Notes under the pieces: model-generated
The model's input: the letters and a program-made list of their open reading frames with translations, nothing else
Database searches by the model: none
Told to the model about the DNA's origin: nothing
Position numbers and translations under genes: made by a program
In this document: piece after piece, positions 10,785 through 24,100 of the stretch
Numbering within the stretch: the first letter of the stretch is position 1
How the letters are laid out: every line of letters begins with the position of its first letter
NCBI GenBank assembly: GCA_964247055.1
Contig: OZ176050.1
Coordinates: 4,402,001 to 4,466,000 of the forward strand
Direction of reading: 5' to 3'
DNA from: Paragordius varius
Lineage: Eukaryota; Animalia; Nematomorpha
Length of the DNA stretch: 64,000 nt

Positions 10785-13700
10785 ATGAGAGTTTTGTATA
10801 TGAATATTTAAATATATTAATGTCAATAGCCTCCTTAAATTAAATTATTTAAAAACTTGTACTGCTGCTCCCATTTTATTGCGCTCTAGTTTTATAAAAT
10901 TTGCTCTACAATGAGATGTCATTTGATTTTCATTTCAAATATTTTGGGGCGGACAATAAAAATATCATCAAACATGAAAACAATTATATTGAAAATCGTC
11001 TGCTATCATTCTTTTTAATCGTTTGTCAGCAAACAAGAATATTTTTTAGATTTTTTATTCCAAATTCATTGCTGAAAACATCCACATTTATCAAGTAATC
11101 ATTTATCCTTATATTTAATAATATTTTTAATTAATATTTTGTTTCATATAGATTTTGGATTACATTTACGTGCTTAATGGTGGCATCACAAAATTACACG
11201 GTAACTTTTAATCATGAATAAATGTAAATCAGTTTCAAAAAGCCCTTCCGGCCTATAAATTTGTTACATAATTTTTTATAACTAATTTGCATATTTCAAT
11301 TATAAAGCATTTTGTAAAAATATTAATTAGGTTAAAGCTATTTCTCCTAACAATACAGTATATGGTCCACTTAGCGAAATTTTTGGGTCATACGAAATGT
11401 ATGATTCAATTTTAGACAGTTGGTTGGATATATATGATAATAAACCAGCCGGAAATACATATAATAAAAATGAACAAGGGCTAACACAAAGTTCCAGAAT
11501 AATTAATCTTAATAAGATTGGTCAATTTTCGTCTTCAGAGGAAGTATTGAACGAAAGATTAAATTTAACCGATCATATACCGTTTAACAATAAAATGATT
11601 GATTTTGCATCGAATGATCTCACGCCACCAAAAAACAAAAATATATTTACGCTATATAATCGGTGTAGCAATAAACATGTACAAATCATTGGCCGTAGGG
11701 TTAATGCCAAAGCTAGCCCGTTTACCAAACAAAAACTAAAATATGGTATGAATATTATCAAATAATTTTTAAATTAGATTATGCGTACACTTGTAATGAT
11801 TTATGATCAAATGATATATTGTTTATTAGCATTACTTTTTTTACATTTCTCAATCTTTTTCCTCAAATAATGTTTGTACTTACTTATCAAGTTTAATTAG
11901 AATTAATTGTGTTCAATTTATGAAATTTTTATATATTAGTACATTTTAAACGTATAATAAAATTTATCGATTTTATTATTATAATTCGGTAATGATAATA
12001 TATCATTACCGAAAGGTTTTTAAGAATATTGACCATTTTAATTCTTTTTAATATTATATTGTTGTAACATTTTTATGCGCATTTTTTATTTGTAAGACAA
12101 ACAATGATGCTCCCTTTGTATTTAAATAAATTTTGATTTAAATACTAGAAAACGGTTAGTTTATTATTTTTGGTTTATAGAGAGTCCTAAGCTTACCTGC
12201 ACCGATAAATAAATCAAAAATATTTTATAGATTTTGGTTTAAAGTTGATTATTTGAGTTTTCTCATCTTATACATTTGTATATGTAAAATAATCTTTGAG
12301 GTTTTTATTTTCATTTTTTTTCCGCACCTATAAGTTTTTTCAATTAAAATGTTTTGTTGAAAGAAAGTTGTGACAAAGACGTCTTTGATGATTATAATTG
12401 GAATAAAAAAAGAGTAAGTAAGCGACCCTTTGTCGCTAAAAAATTGTTGAAAAAAGCTATTTTTGTAATTTAATTTGTCAATTGAATATTTAATTAGGAT
12501 AATTGTATACATAATTTTGGGACTATTAAAGACATTTGGGCCTAAATACTTGTATGTATACATCGCCTAATGTTACCTCTTAAGTCAAATAATTAAATAA
12601 TAAGATAATTTGAATTAATCTTTGATGTGCCGACACACCGTTATAAAACTCTTTTTACATAATTTAAATTATTTTATATTGTTACACAACATTAAACGTC
12701 GAGCCGTCATCCATTTATGGTAAATGCGTACTTGAGAGCAACAAACTTTTTAATTTATAAAATTATGCCGAGTATATCATTTTAAGATTGTATTTATTAA
12801 AATATTCACATGCAAAGAAGCCCAAAGAAATCTTATATTGTTGTGATTTAATTGTTTTGCAGTATAAACGATCTCTGCCTTTTAGCAATGAAATTTAAAG
12901 TTAGGTAAAACACAATGAATTACCTGTATAAAGACACGAATTAAATAAGGCACTTTTTATACTTGAAAACAATTAAACTTTGTTTTAATTACAAGGTTGT
13001 TATTGTTTTATGTACAATATGGCTATGGGTCCGACGCGTGTGCGAGTCGGCGGCATATTGTCAATATATATATATAAGAGAAGAATTTAAAGGTGTAAAA
13101 ATGTTTAAAGGAAACGAGATGTTTTAAAATCTTATTTATTTTTTAAGAATATGTGAAACGCCACCAGCTTATTTAAGTAATTTATGGTATAATAAATATT
13201 AAATTGAGCAGAACCATATCTAAATTTCATTTTCGTCATTATTCACAAATAAAAGACTTTATAACCAATAATAATATATTTTTTAACTGTATAAATTTTG
13301 TGTTATTTTATATAATATAGTTTTAAGAAAAGTTAACAAATAAAAAAAGTCAATTATCCTAGCTTTATCGGCGCAAAATTATTTATATATTTTAATGGAA
13401 ACTTACATTGTTTGTTTACTGTTATTTATTTCATTTATAAAAAAACTATTGGAAATTTTAAAATTTTTATGGCATTTAATTTTTAAGGGGAAACCTAATT
13501 AAATTATAAAATACAATTTATATTTTTATTAGCTTACCTTTACGCCGAGCCGACAAACAGTACAGCCATTAGAATACGGAGCCAAAATACAGGATTTTAT
13601 ATTTGTTTTAATCGCAGAGGAAAACTACTTGCAAGGGTTAGTTTAATTATAAATTATGGTTACTCTCATTAAATTACCATTATCAATAAAAATTGATGAA

Positions 13701-14014
13701 ACCACAATAAGGTTTTTATTTAAGTAGGTGTTAAATTTTTAGAACATTTTGGCAATTTTCACCTTAACAAATCGGATACATATTAATAAACCGGCTAAAC
13801 AAGAGGAACTAACATATTGCATAAAAATCTATATCAAATTCCAAATTAAAATAAGGCTTTGTTCATCTATTCGTTATATATATCAATTTTCCCGATTTAT
13901 ATGTCATCTAAAATTGTGGTTTGTTAAAAACTATTATCATAAATATGAATCTTATACTCTCCATTTATTAATAAAAAAGACAACCAGTACATAGCTTTAG
14001 ATATCTTTCAACCC

Positions 14015-14048
<34 letters not shown>

Positions 14049-15421
14049 ATATATATAATTAAAAACTCTATTTTTCTAAAATATATTTTCCTAGGTTAGA
14101 TTGGTCAAAAATCTATGCCTGTTCTCAGAACATTATGACAATCACAACATAAAATATCGATCCATTTATAACATATCATGGTACATGGGGTTTGACAAAA
14201 ATGGACATCCCCTACCAGGTTTTTTATTATGTTTGGAAATTATATAACGACATATATATCTTTTTATTTAGTTTAATTCTTTAGGGAAAATGGATAAAAC
14301 GAACTAGAATGATGAGATTAACCAAATAATGGGAAAATAAATGCTCTTTTTGAGCAATTTGTTATATATAATTTAAAATCCATAATTTAATTAGTTGTTT
14401 GAACGGAGTATGAAAAAATGGTTAATCCCAAAAATCAATTTATAGGATAAACGAATCTTTTACTTATCTTAATCAAAAAAATCTCCTTTCGGTCTCTGCG
14501 ACCAATGTGTTGGTAATTTAATTTTTTTAAGGATAATATCTAAAATTGATTTAGTTTTGTCTAAATGAATTCACTTTTTAAGTATTATCATGCAACATGA
14601 ATATGAATTTTATGATAAATTGATTAAACATCAGGCTCAAACACCATGATTATACATTATCAAAATTTTAGGACAAAAATCCGACCCTATTGAATATTTT
14701 ATAATACAAATTAATAGGCGTGTGTTCCCACCCAATAAATACTATAGCGACAGAAACTGTTTCACGCGAATGTTATAGCTTTAAAAAGCGAATCCATCAA
14801 AACCAAAAAAATGTGCATATATACGACTCACACAAGATCCAAGAGGCCAATGAACAACCTGAACTAAGATATTCCATATTTTCTTCCTTGTTCGGTGTGC
14901 CAAATCGATTAAAAACATCATTAAAAACTGATAATACTCTATTGAGTAACCAAAATCTCTCATCATTACATTACAAGGAAAGCCATAATAACAGTAAAAA
15001 CACTATTAATCATATGCCAAGCAAAAACTTGGGTAAAAAAATAAAACCTACCAAGATTGCTGTCCTCCATCTTCCAGTGCCATCTAAATCCACAACATTA
15101 ACACACAAATATGTTCTTACTACATATGCCCCACCTACACCCATTATCACTGAATTACACAGCCGTAACGATCAAAAAGTCCAATCAGATAATAATAATC
15201 TTATTTTCAACAAATACTTCACTAATTTCAATATACGGCGGTTTCTTCAGTACACCAACAATGATTCTTTATTAGAAGCTAATGGAGAAACTGAAATCAT
15301 ATCACATTCGCCACACATTGATCCAGAATATATAGATGATTACACAGATTCAGATACCTATGATTCATTCAATGAGGGAAAAAGTATGGAGAAGAATGGT
15401 AAATTGGACTATTTCTATTGA
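10785..15421 (+). CDS. FGF8/17/18-like fibroblast growth factor with a long C-terminal tail; exons ~10785-10795 (ATG may be 10755), 11152-11200, 11331-11745, 13533-13636, 14095-14218, 14718-15421; ~470 aa
   Basis: Core motifs FTLYNRCSNKHVQIIGRRVNA / IRIRSQNTGFYICFNRRGKLLAR / CLFSE...WYMGFDKNGHP / RECYSFKKR, with the 104-nt middle core exon typical of FGFs. Putative signal peptide MRVLFWITFTCLMVASQ; the first two exons are less certain. Confidence 0.88.
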
Positions 15422-18400
15422 TTATCGACGGCATGGATTCAAATCTGTGGTAGAGATACTAGAATTTTTGAAAATCAGCGTATTACAGAATTTCGTACAC
15501 ATTCAAGGAGCAGGCTGTGGAAAAATTAAAGTGTTTAACACAAATCCCTTAATATTTTAAATTATACCCAAACAACTTTAATGATTTTATACAGACTTTC
15601 CAATTTATTAATCTAAACAATTACACTATCAGCCCAAAATACATTAATCACATAAATATAGTATTATAGTTTCAAGAGACAATTTGACATGTCAAAAACT
15701 CATCATAATAAAAGGTGCATCAATAATAAATTAAGGTTGTCGTAACTAAGGCATAAAAAATCAAACAAATATTTGACATATTTAATATACTCCCCACCAT
15801 TCCAATTATATACCTTTTCTTTTTTTGTAAATAATATTTCCCTTATCACATAACTACTGCAATAAACTCTATAAAACAAAAAAAAGATTGACGAAAATAT
15901 GAAGTTATTTGTTTAATTATTTATAATTAAACAATGGTGTGTTAGCTGCTAAAATATGCATATTTTAGTTATTAAAATAAAATCATCCTTTATGCCAAAT
16001 ACTAGCTAGCATATAAAGCTTATGCTAATGAGTTTGTTTGTATTATCAAATAACTAAGCAATTATAATTTTTTTATAACTTACCTGTAATAATAATAATA
16101 ATACAAAGTCTTTTTGTATAAATGGAAAACATTCGAAAAAAAGTCGTAAAGTTGCATTGTCCACTATTTATATTTTTTATAAAATATTTATCACATTCTT
16201 CACACATGTAAATTAAATACCTTATAAATACATCTAATGTTTGAAACATTTTTTTATACATTTTTATATAATATAAATTTTTTGTATTATAATAGCTCAC
16301 CTGTTTTTTGTATTCTTTTATTTGTAACAATGTTAATAAAAAAATGATATAAATATATGCTGCAATATAATTAACATACAATGCGATAAAATGCGTCTGA
16401 GATTCATTTTTACATTTTACAGTTAAAATCAACAAAAAATTACAAGATAAATTGTGAAACATCTTATACAAACTAATAATATTTTGCTAGCAATTTTTTT
16501 GTCAAAAAATACTATTTTTAGTGCCATAATTTCTGAATGTATTCGGACGTTTTTTAATAAAAAAATATATACATTAATCACTATTGCCTCAAGGTGTGAG
16601 AAATACAATTTAATAATCTTTTATCCGAATCGATTAACAAAACTAATTCATTTATGGAGTTAAATAATTTCATCTGTATCCATAATTTGCACAAACACGA
16701 GAACAGAATCTTAGCGAAATCAAAACTTATGAATTATATCTTAATTAGTTCATTCATTGTGCAACAAACTAGAAAAAACTGTTATAGTTTGTTTTATCTT
16801 AATTTAATAAAATATTAAAAACAAGTCATCTATAAAATCCGGCTCACCACAAAATTTTGATTAAAACATTCCGTCTTAAAAAAGTTAAATCTAAATTCTT
16901 TTTTAAATAAAATAACCCGAATTCAAAATACAAATGAACCTTTAAATTACAATACTGAGATGAAAAAAGTTCATTATGGAATTATATAGAAAAATGCTTT
17001 TAAATTATGTTAAAGCGTTTTTATACCGTTTTCACCATGCTTAAAAACACAGTAAAACTCGCTTCATCAAAATTTCGTTATAAATTAAAATTTTAAGTAA
17101 AACCATTTTTTCGGGAGTTCAAAATTGAGCATATATTTAAACTTTTATCTTGCAATCTCGGGAACGCTTATTTTGAGAGAACTAGTCCATTCTACTGGAG
17201 CCTAAATCTAAAAATTAAAGTTTTATAAAAATATAATTTTGTTTTGAGTGTAGTTTATAATAAATTCAAGTGATATTTTTTGGAAAACATCAAAAAATTT
17301 GTTTAACAAAATGTGCGTAAATTTTGCCATTTTTTGATATGGAGCTGTTACTACAAAAGTGAAAAATAATTTGTTATATCACTAGTAGGGGCTAAAACAA
17401 ATATATATTTCATCAGGATATTTTTTCATGCCTCCGGTTTTGTACACATTGTAATATCAATAGGTCAGCATAAATGTGCATACTGTATTTAAATGTATAC
17501 TACTGGCTTTGAAACCCTTCCCCAAAACTAGAGAGCCCTTTAATATATGAATCCGCCGATGACTGAGGCTTTTTTGAATTTGCCCAACTTATGGAATATA
17601 TGTTTTTAAATAAATACAAGGCCGCAAAATTTTTAATTACTTTTCTAAAAAATGTGGGATCAATTAGTAATAATTTTTAATTTTAATGCGCCATGGGCAA
17701 TTGAGGCGTTTTAAATTTAATTCAGTTATGCCAACGCAGTGTGAAAAGAGTTAAATATAAATGGACTTTGATACAATTATCCGAAAAACATGTATGTCCG
17801 TTCAGTTTAAACAATTGATTTTTTAATCTTTTCGCAATGCTCCGATGATGACTGAGCCTTTTTATATTTAGCAGTTCAATTCGGCTCCACCCGTGGGAGA
17901 ATCGGGTTTTTTAACACATATTTGGTTTGAAGGATTTTCTGGAAAACGTTTGGACTCATTTCTGAGCCATGGATGAAAGAACCTTTTTAAATTAGTTATT
18001 GAGTTCTTCCCCCTCCTCCTAACAATGGTTTTTTGAACTAATCGATTTTAAGAAATTTTGAAAACACGCAAGATTCGAAAAAATAATGTTTTTTATTGTG
18101 TAAAATATACCTAAAGTGACAGAACCATTTTTTCTCACCCAGTATAACCCCATCCGGGTAAAAATGGGTTCTATTGCAAAAATATGGAGATTAAGGCAAC
18201 CTTGTAGACCGACCAAATTCAATAATAGATCTTTAGATATTTTATAAATGCGTCAGGCGTAGCACGTACCCCTGTAAATGGGGTTTTCAATAAATATTAT
18301 TTTAATCGATTATCCGAAAAAAGCGTAGTCCGATTTGAATTCAATAATAAATTTTTGTTTAGCGAATGCGCGAAGTTGATAGAGCTATGTTTTATCAATT

Positions 18401-18661
18401 CCCTCTTCCATACCTTTTTAAATGGGGCTATAACAAACATTCTTATGGTTCAATTATATAAGAACGTGTAAGCACCGATTCGTATTTTTCGTGAAAATGT
18501 CGAGGAAACTAAGCTTTTTGCATTTGTTTTTGGTTAATGACATGTGCGCAAGTAAGGCTTAGAACCACCTTCCGGAAAAATAAGTTTTTGATCAAATATA
18601 TGTTTCTAAAAAATTTGCGGAAGATGTGTGGATTTTAATGTAATAATGGGTTTTCTCTTAA

Positions 18662-20551
18662 CACTCAAATACAACACATTCATTCCAGTCCTTTGAATTG
18701 GGGTAATTGGAGACCGGCCTGTTTAATATTAAATACTTTAAAAAATATGGAACGGATCAAATTCCGTGGCAAAAGTTTGCACTTATATAATATTGAACCG
18801 AAATATATAAAAAAATGTATTTAAAAATACTTGATATTACTTATTTTAAGGTAAAACCCAAAGGTAGTCAACATTACACCGTGTGCATTAGCTAAATTAA
18901 CACTTAAATACAACACTTTCATTTGAGTCCTTCAATCCAAATTGAGGTAGTAAGATACCCCAGTGCTGTTTAAAATTATACTTCTGAAAATATGGAAGAA
19001 ATTAAAGCTATGGCAAAAGTTTGCTCTTAATTAACCGAAATATAAAAAAAAATATACAAAAATATACATGATATTTATGTTTCGAGGTAAAATCCAAAGG
19101 TAGGAATTTAGTCAACATGACATGGTTCATTAGCTAAATTTAAAAATAATACAATAACCATTTACTGTTTTTATCAATGTTAAATGTGATTTAAATAAAA
19201 AATGAACTTTAACACTTCGATTTTTAAAAACTACTGAAGGAAACGGTCCCAATTTTATAATATGCTTCTATTCAATAAAATTATATAAATATGCCAAAAT
19301 ATCTAAAAAAGTTTTGTTTTGAAAAAAAAGTTCCATGTTAAACTACTTCGACGCCATTTTTATTTTATAAAGTTTTTGCAAAATATCGTCTTCATATTAT
19401 TTTAAGGGTAAAATTAAAGCTAATTTTATATTTAAATTACATCTAACCTTGATAGAAATAGAAAAAGCGGTTTTTGTATTATTATTTAATTTTACCATTG
19501 CACACATGTCACGTTGACTAAATTTTTACCTTTCGGTTTTAGGTTAAAATAAGTAATATCAAATATTTTTGAAAAAAATTCTAATTTCGGTTTATTAATG
19601 TTAAATAAGTGCAAAATTTTGCCATAGTTTCGATTCCTTCCATATTTTGCAAAGAATTAATTTAAAAGAAGCCTGGAGTATTTAACTACCCCAATTTGAA
19701 TCGAAGGACTAAAAGAATGTGTTGTATCCAAGTGTTAATTTTCAAAATTAAATAAACACGATAATTAGCAAAAATGTTGTAAAATAAAAAAGCGTCGAAG
19801 TAGTTTGATATAATTTTTTAAAATTAAATTTAATTTAGATTTTTGGCTTATTTATTAGGATTGAAGCATAGATTTAAAACCATTTCTTTCAGTAGTTCTT
19901 TAAAAATATCAACATAAACATAGTATGGGTTATTTAGATACCCCAATTTAAATCGAAGTGTTAATACGCCAATTAAAACTTGGATACAACACATTTATTT
20001 TGGTCCTTCAATTCAAATTGGGGTAGTTAAATACCCCAGGCCTGTTTAAAATTAAATTCACAAAAAAAATGGAAGGAATCGAAACCATGGCAAAATTTAG
20101 CACTTTTATTACATCGATAAACCGAAATATATAAAAAAAAATTTTCAAAAATACTTGATATTACTTATTTCAAGCTAAAACCGAAAGGTAAATTAATCAA
20201 CGTGACATGTGTGCAATGGTAAAATTGAAAAATAATACAAAATAAACCGCTTTTTCTTTTCTTTTAATGTTAGATGTAATTAAAATAAAAATTTAGCTTA
20301 AATTTTACCCTTGAAATTAAATGAACACGATATTTTGCAAAAATTTTGTGAAATAAAAATAGCGTCGAAGTTGTTTGACATGGGACTTTTTTTAAAACAA
20401 AATTTTACTTAGATATTTTGTCATATTTATATAATTTTTATTAGAATAGAAGCATAAATTTAAATTGAGAACGTTTCCTTCAGTAGTTTTTTAAAAATCT
20501 TATCTTAAATTTGGTCTGGGGTATTTAGATACCCCATTTTGAATCGAAGTG
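18662..20551. mobile_element. Cluster of four piggyBac-like (TTAA) MITE family B copies: 18662-18896 partial; 18901-19960 interrupted by an inverted copy 19213-19734; 19977-20551 full
   Basis: Each copy begins or ends at TTAA with CACTT(C/G)GAT-like termini and subterminal GGGGTA..TACCCC inverted motifs. The copies align with 50788-51360. Confidence 0.85.
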
Positions 20552-21167
20552 TTAAAGCTATTTTTCAATTGAGCCGCTTAATTTTTACCATCTACCTATA
20601 AATATGGTGCTTGAAAAATTTTGATTTAAAGCGATTTTCAGGAAAACATGTAAGCCGATTCGAATATTTATTTTTAAAAGCACTGACTGCGCCCTGCTTT
20701 GGTTTCCCTTCAGTATAATCGGACCCGTGTGTTGTTTTGAAGCAATTTTTAGTTTCTTACTACGTTTAGCCCAACATCTTCAACGTTATGGATAATAACT
20801 AAAAATAATTAGGAGGAAAACTACCGCAAAAGGGTAATGTTTAATAAGCAAACTGAAATTTTTTTAAGCTCAGAATTTTTCTAGCATAACGTGCGGTAAC
20901 ATGGAAATATTTGGCAGGAAGCAATATAAACTTTTGCGACTGATGAGACTGAAAACTAATATACCATAATTTCGATATATTTATATTTCAGAATGTATAC
21001 TTAATTATTATAATATGGTTTGCACTGTGTAAGACATTCCATATTTTTATCTATAAAAGTTTACAAAAATGTCCGAATATTCAATTCATAACATTTAACA
21101 TGTTTTAAACTTTACACAACCGAACATATATTATATCATCTGCAATAGTCACATTGAGTTTTAAAAT

Positions 21168-24100
21168 ATGACTACTACGGCTAATTTTCATGTGTCCAAT
21201 TTGATCGACAAAGTTATTAAATTTTTAATTAAAGATGTCCTCTGTTGACAAAGACTTTAGATTTATGGCCGCAAATGATTTGCTCTTTGAATTGAACAAA
21301 GATGCTTTTAAACTTGATGATGAAATGGAAAAAAAGATAGCAAAAATGGTGTTAAAACTTCTTGAAGACAAAAATGGAGAAGTTCAAAATTTAGGGATTA
21401 AATGGTTTGATTTTTTAATAATTTTAGTCTGGTTCCTTTAATAATGAAAGTTAAAAATGCTCAAGGAGAATTTATTCTTGAAACCCTTTGTTACAACATG
21501 TTATCTGAAAATGAAGAACTTAGGGATATATCTAGCATTGGTAAAATTACTTATTAATTAAAGGATTAAAATCTACCCTAAGAACCTTCACAAATCAGTC
21601 TTTGAGTCATTATAATTCTTCTTTCCAAAAACTATTGCCTCATTTATTAAAAAATTTACAAAAGGTAAAAAATGTTTATATCATAGGAAACCGATGCATC
21701 CATTCAATTAGAAGTTTTGGACATAGTAAACGAACTTATAAATCTATTAGCAAGTATAATTTTTTGTTGTAACCCAAGATTATATTTTAATAATTGAATT
21801 TAACTTTTATAATTTACATTCTGTATTTTATGGTTTTTTTGTAAAATATCTTTCCACCCTTTTTTTCCGAATTAAATAACCTTACCTTTTATATGTTTAC
21901 GCAACTAGCAATGAATTATTTTTAATTATTTCAGTGGGTTTAGCCCGCTTAGTAAGGAAATTATTTTTCTCAAAAAACACTTAAATATATTTCATTAACA
22001 AATTCAAGATTGTATTTTTTTACAGATAAGGAAGGCACACGCCTGTGCGACGTTGTGATTAATAGAATATCACTATCATAAAAAACAAATAACCATATAA
22101 AAATTAGTTTTTTTAAAACCTCCTAGCATTATGTATTTATTTATACATTATGTGATTCAAAACTTTATTATTAATAATATTTATTAGTTACTGCAACCAT
22201 GACAGAATCATAATATAATTTTATATAAATTTATTTTGCCAATATATCTTTGTATTTAAAGTCAATTTATGAAATAATTCGTTAAAATCCTTTACAATTT
22301 ATTTTCCCCGATAAATACCCTTTTTTCAATGTTATTCTACGAAAATACCTGCCATTGTGGAACCAACAATATATATTTGTTAGTATTTATAATTAAAGGA
22401 TCAATAAAGATTTTTTTATTTTTTAGCTAACATCCAACATCAACAAAATTTGGTTGAAGAAGCGCTTATACCTCTCTTATCGGTTCCAAGAATGGCCATA
22501 CGAAAGCGCAGCATAGTTGCATTGAGTAAGTTTTATTAATATTTTGAGTGATAATTAAACAAAATATAGGGACATTTTTTAATTGATTTTGGCTCTTAGA
22601 AAATATTTAATATAATATAAAAATAAATCTCCAATTTCATATTATTAATTTTTATGTTTTTGGATATTTATTCATTAAGAATTGAATTGGTATTTTAAAT
22701 CATTATAGAGATAAAAATTCTCTAATGTATAGTATGAATTAAATTGCTTCATATTAATTTATGATCACAATATGTTTTTTTTGCTAATTTTATATAATAT
22801 TTTGGCAAAAATTGGTTTAGTTATGGACCACATGACAAATTTATTATTTATTATTATTTATATTAATACATTTTACAGATTATTATAATTTATGTTGAGG
22901 TTTAAGTATTTGAAAATTACAAAACAAATAAGATATTCCCAATAAAAATTTTACCATTTTTTAAGATTAATTTCATTTTATAAACATTATTATTCCTCTA
23001 TTAATAATTTTAATCGACATTTTTTTATCCATATACGTGCCTTATATGACCATCATGTGTTTCAATTTTAAATGATGTTTTTTATTTTACTACCAAACGT
23101 TTTTCTATAATATTAACAATAAATATTTTATTACGATAGAGTGCAAGAACGGTTTTAACGGTTAAAATGATTTGGAGATTAGAGCATTAGTCTCATTTTT
23201 TTGTAGTTAAAAATTATTATCATAGTTATCTTAAGTAATCTTTGATAGAATTAACTCCATACGGCTATTTGTAATATCATATGCATATTTGTCCCATAAT
23301 TTGCTAATAATGATTTGATCCAAATGATAATAAACCGGGCGTTTTTAAAATCACTCGTTCTTGCAACAAATGCTGCCATATATTAGATTTAGGCAGGACC
23401 ATTTATATTAAGATTCAAATCATAAATTTAACTCAGGCTAAGCATAACTTATAAATAGGTACAACAAGATAATTAACGCTTGTATAATGCAAATATCAAA
23501 CATTTGTAAAATATGGATAAACTTAAAACTATTGAAATCTATTTGAAACAAACTTTTAGTCGAGAAATTTAACACGCTTATTGGTATGTTGATTTCTTAC
23601 CTTAACCATAAATTAATCTCTCTTTTTCTCGTGTTTAACAGGTTCTCTTATGCAATGGTGTACTCATCCAATGTATGATGGCATTATACAAGAATTGCAT
23701 AATCGTTTAGGGCAAGCGGGAAAAATGAAAAATATTTCCCTACTTTACACTTACATTCAATGTTTAGGTGCTATCAGGTACATTTTCCTTTAGTTAAATT
23801 ATAATTTTGAAGAATTCAGTTTTATATGAAAACATACAGTTAAACAAAATCATATTTCAGTTTTTATGCAATTTTTATGATGTTCTCTGCTTTATATTCC
23901 TCAAATATTTCATTTGCTTTTTATATACCTGTTGCAATTTATTATATAATTTTTAGTATTATTTAAATAGCGAGGGCGACAACAAAATGTTTTATATTAT
24001 TACCTGTACTAAAAGGTAAAAAATCGTTAATTTAAACTTTTATTTTTATATATCCATAAGCTCATGTGTTAAATACGAAATGTAGTAACCATTTAGGTTT

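Noticed and set aside
14285-14330. Candidate short terminal FGF exon after TTTAG
   Set aside because: In the required phase it stops after 7 codons and lacks the conserved F..KR end of the core, which exon 14718 supplies.
12249-16663. Short ORFs rich in Ile/Phe/Lys/Tyr (12249-12563, 13749-13994, 16073-16471, 16454-16663 and similar ones elsewhere)
   Set aside because: Their composition is what AT-rich intronic or intergenic DNA gives by chance; no domains and no splice-consistent links.
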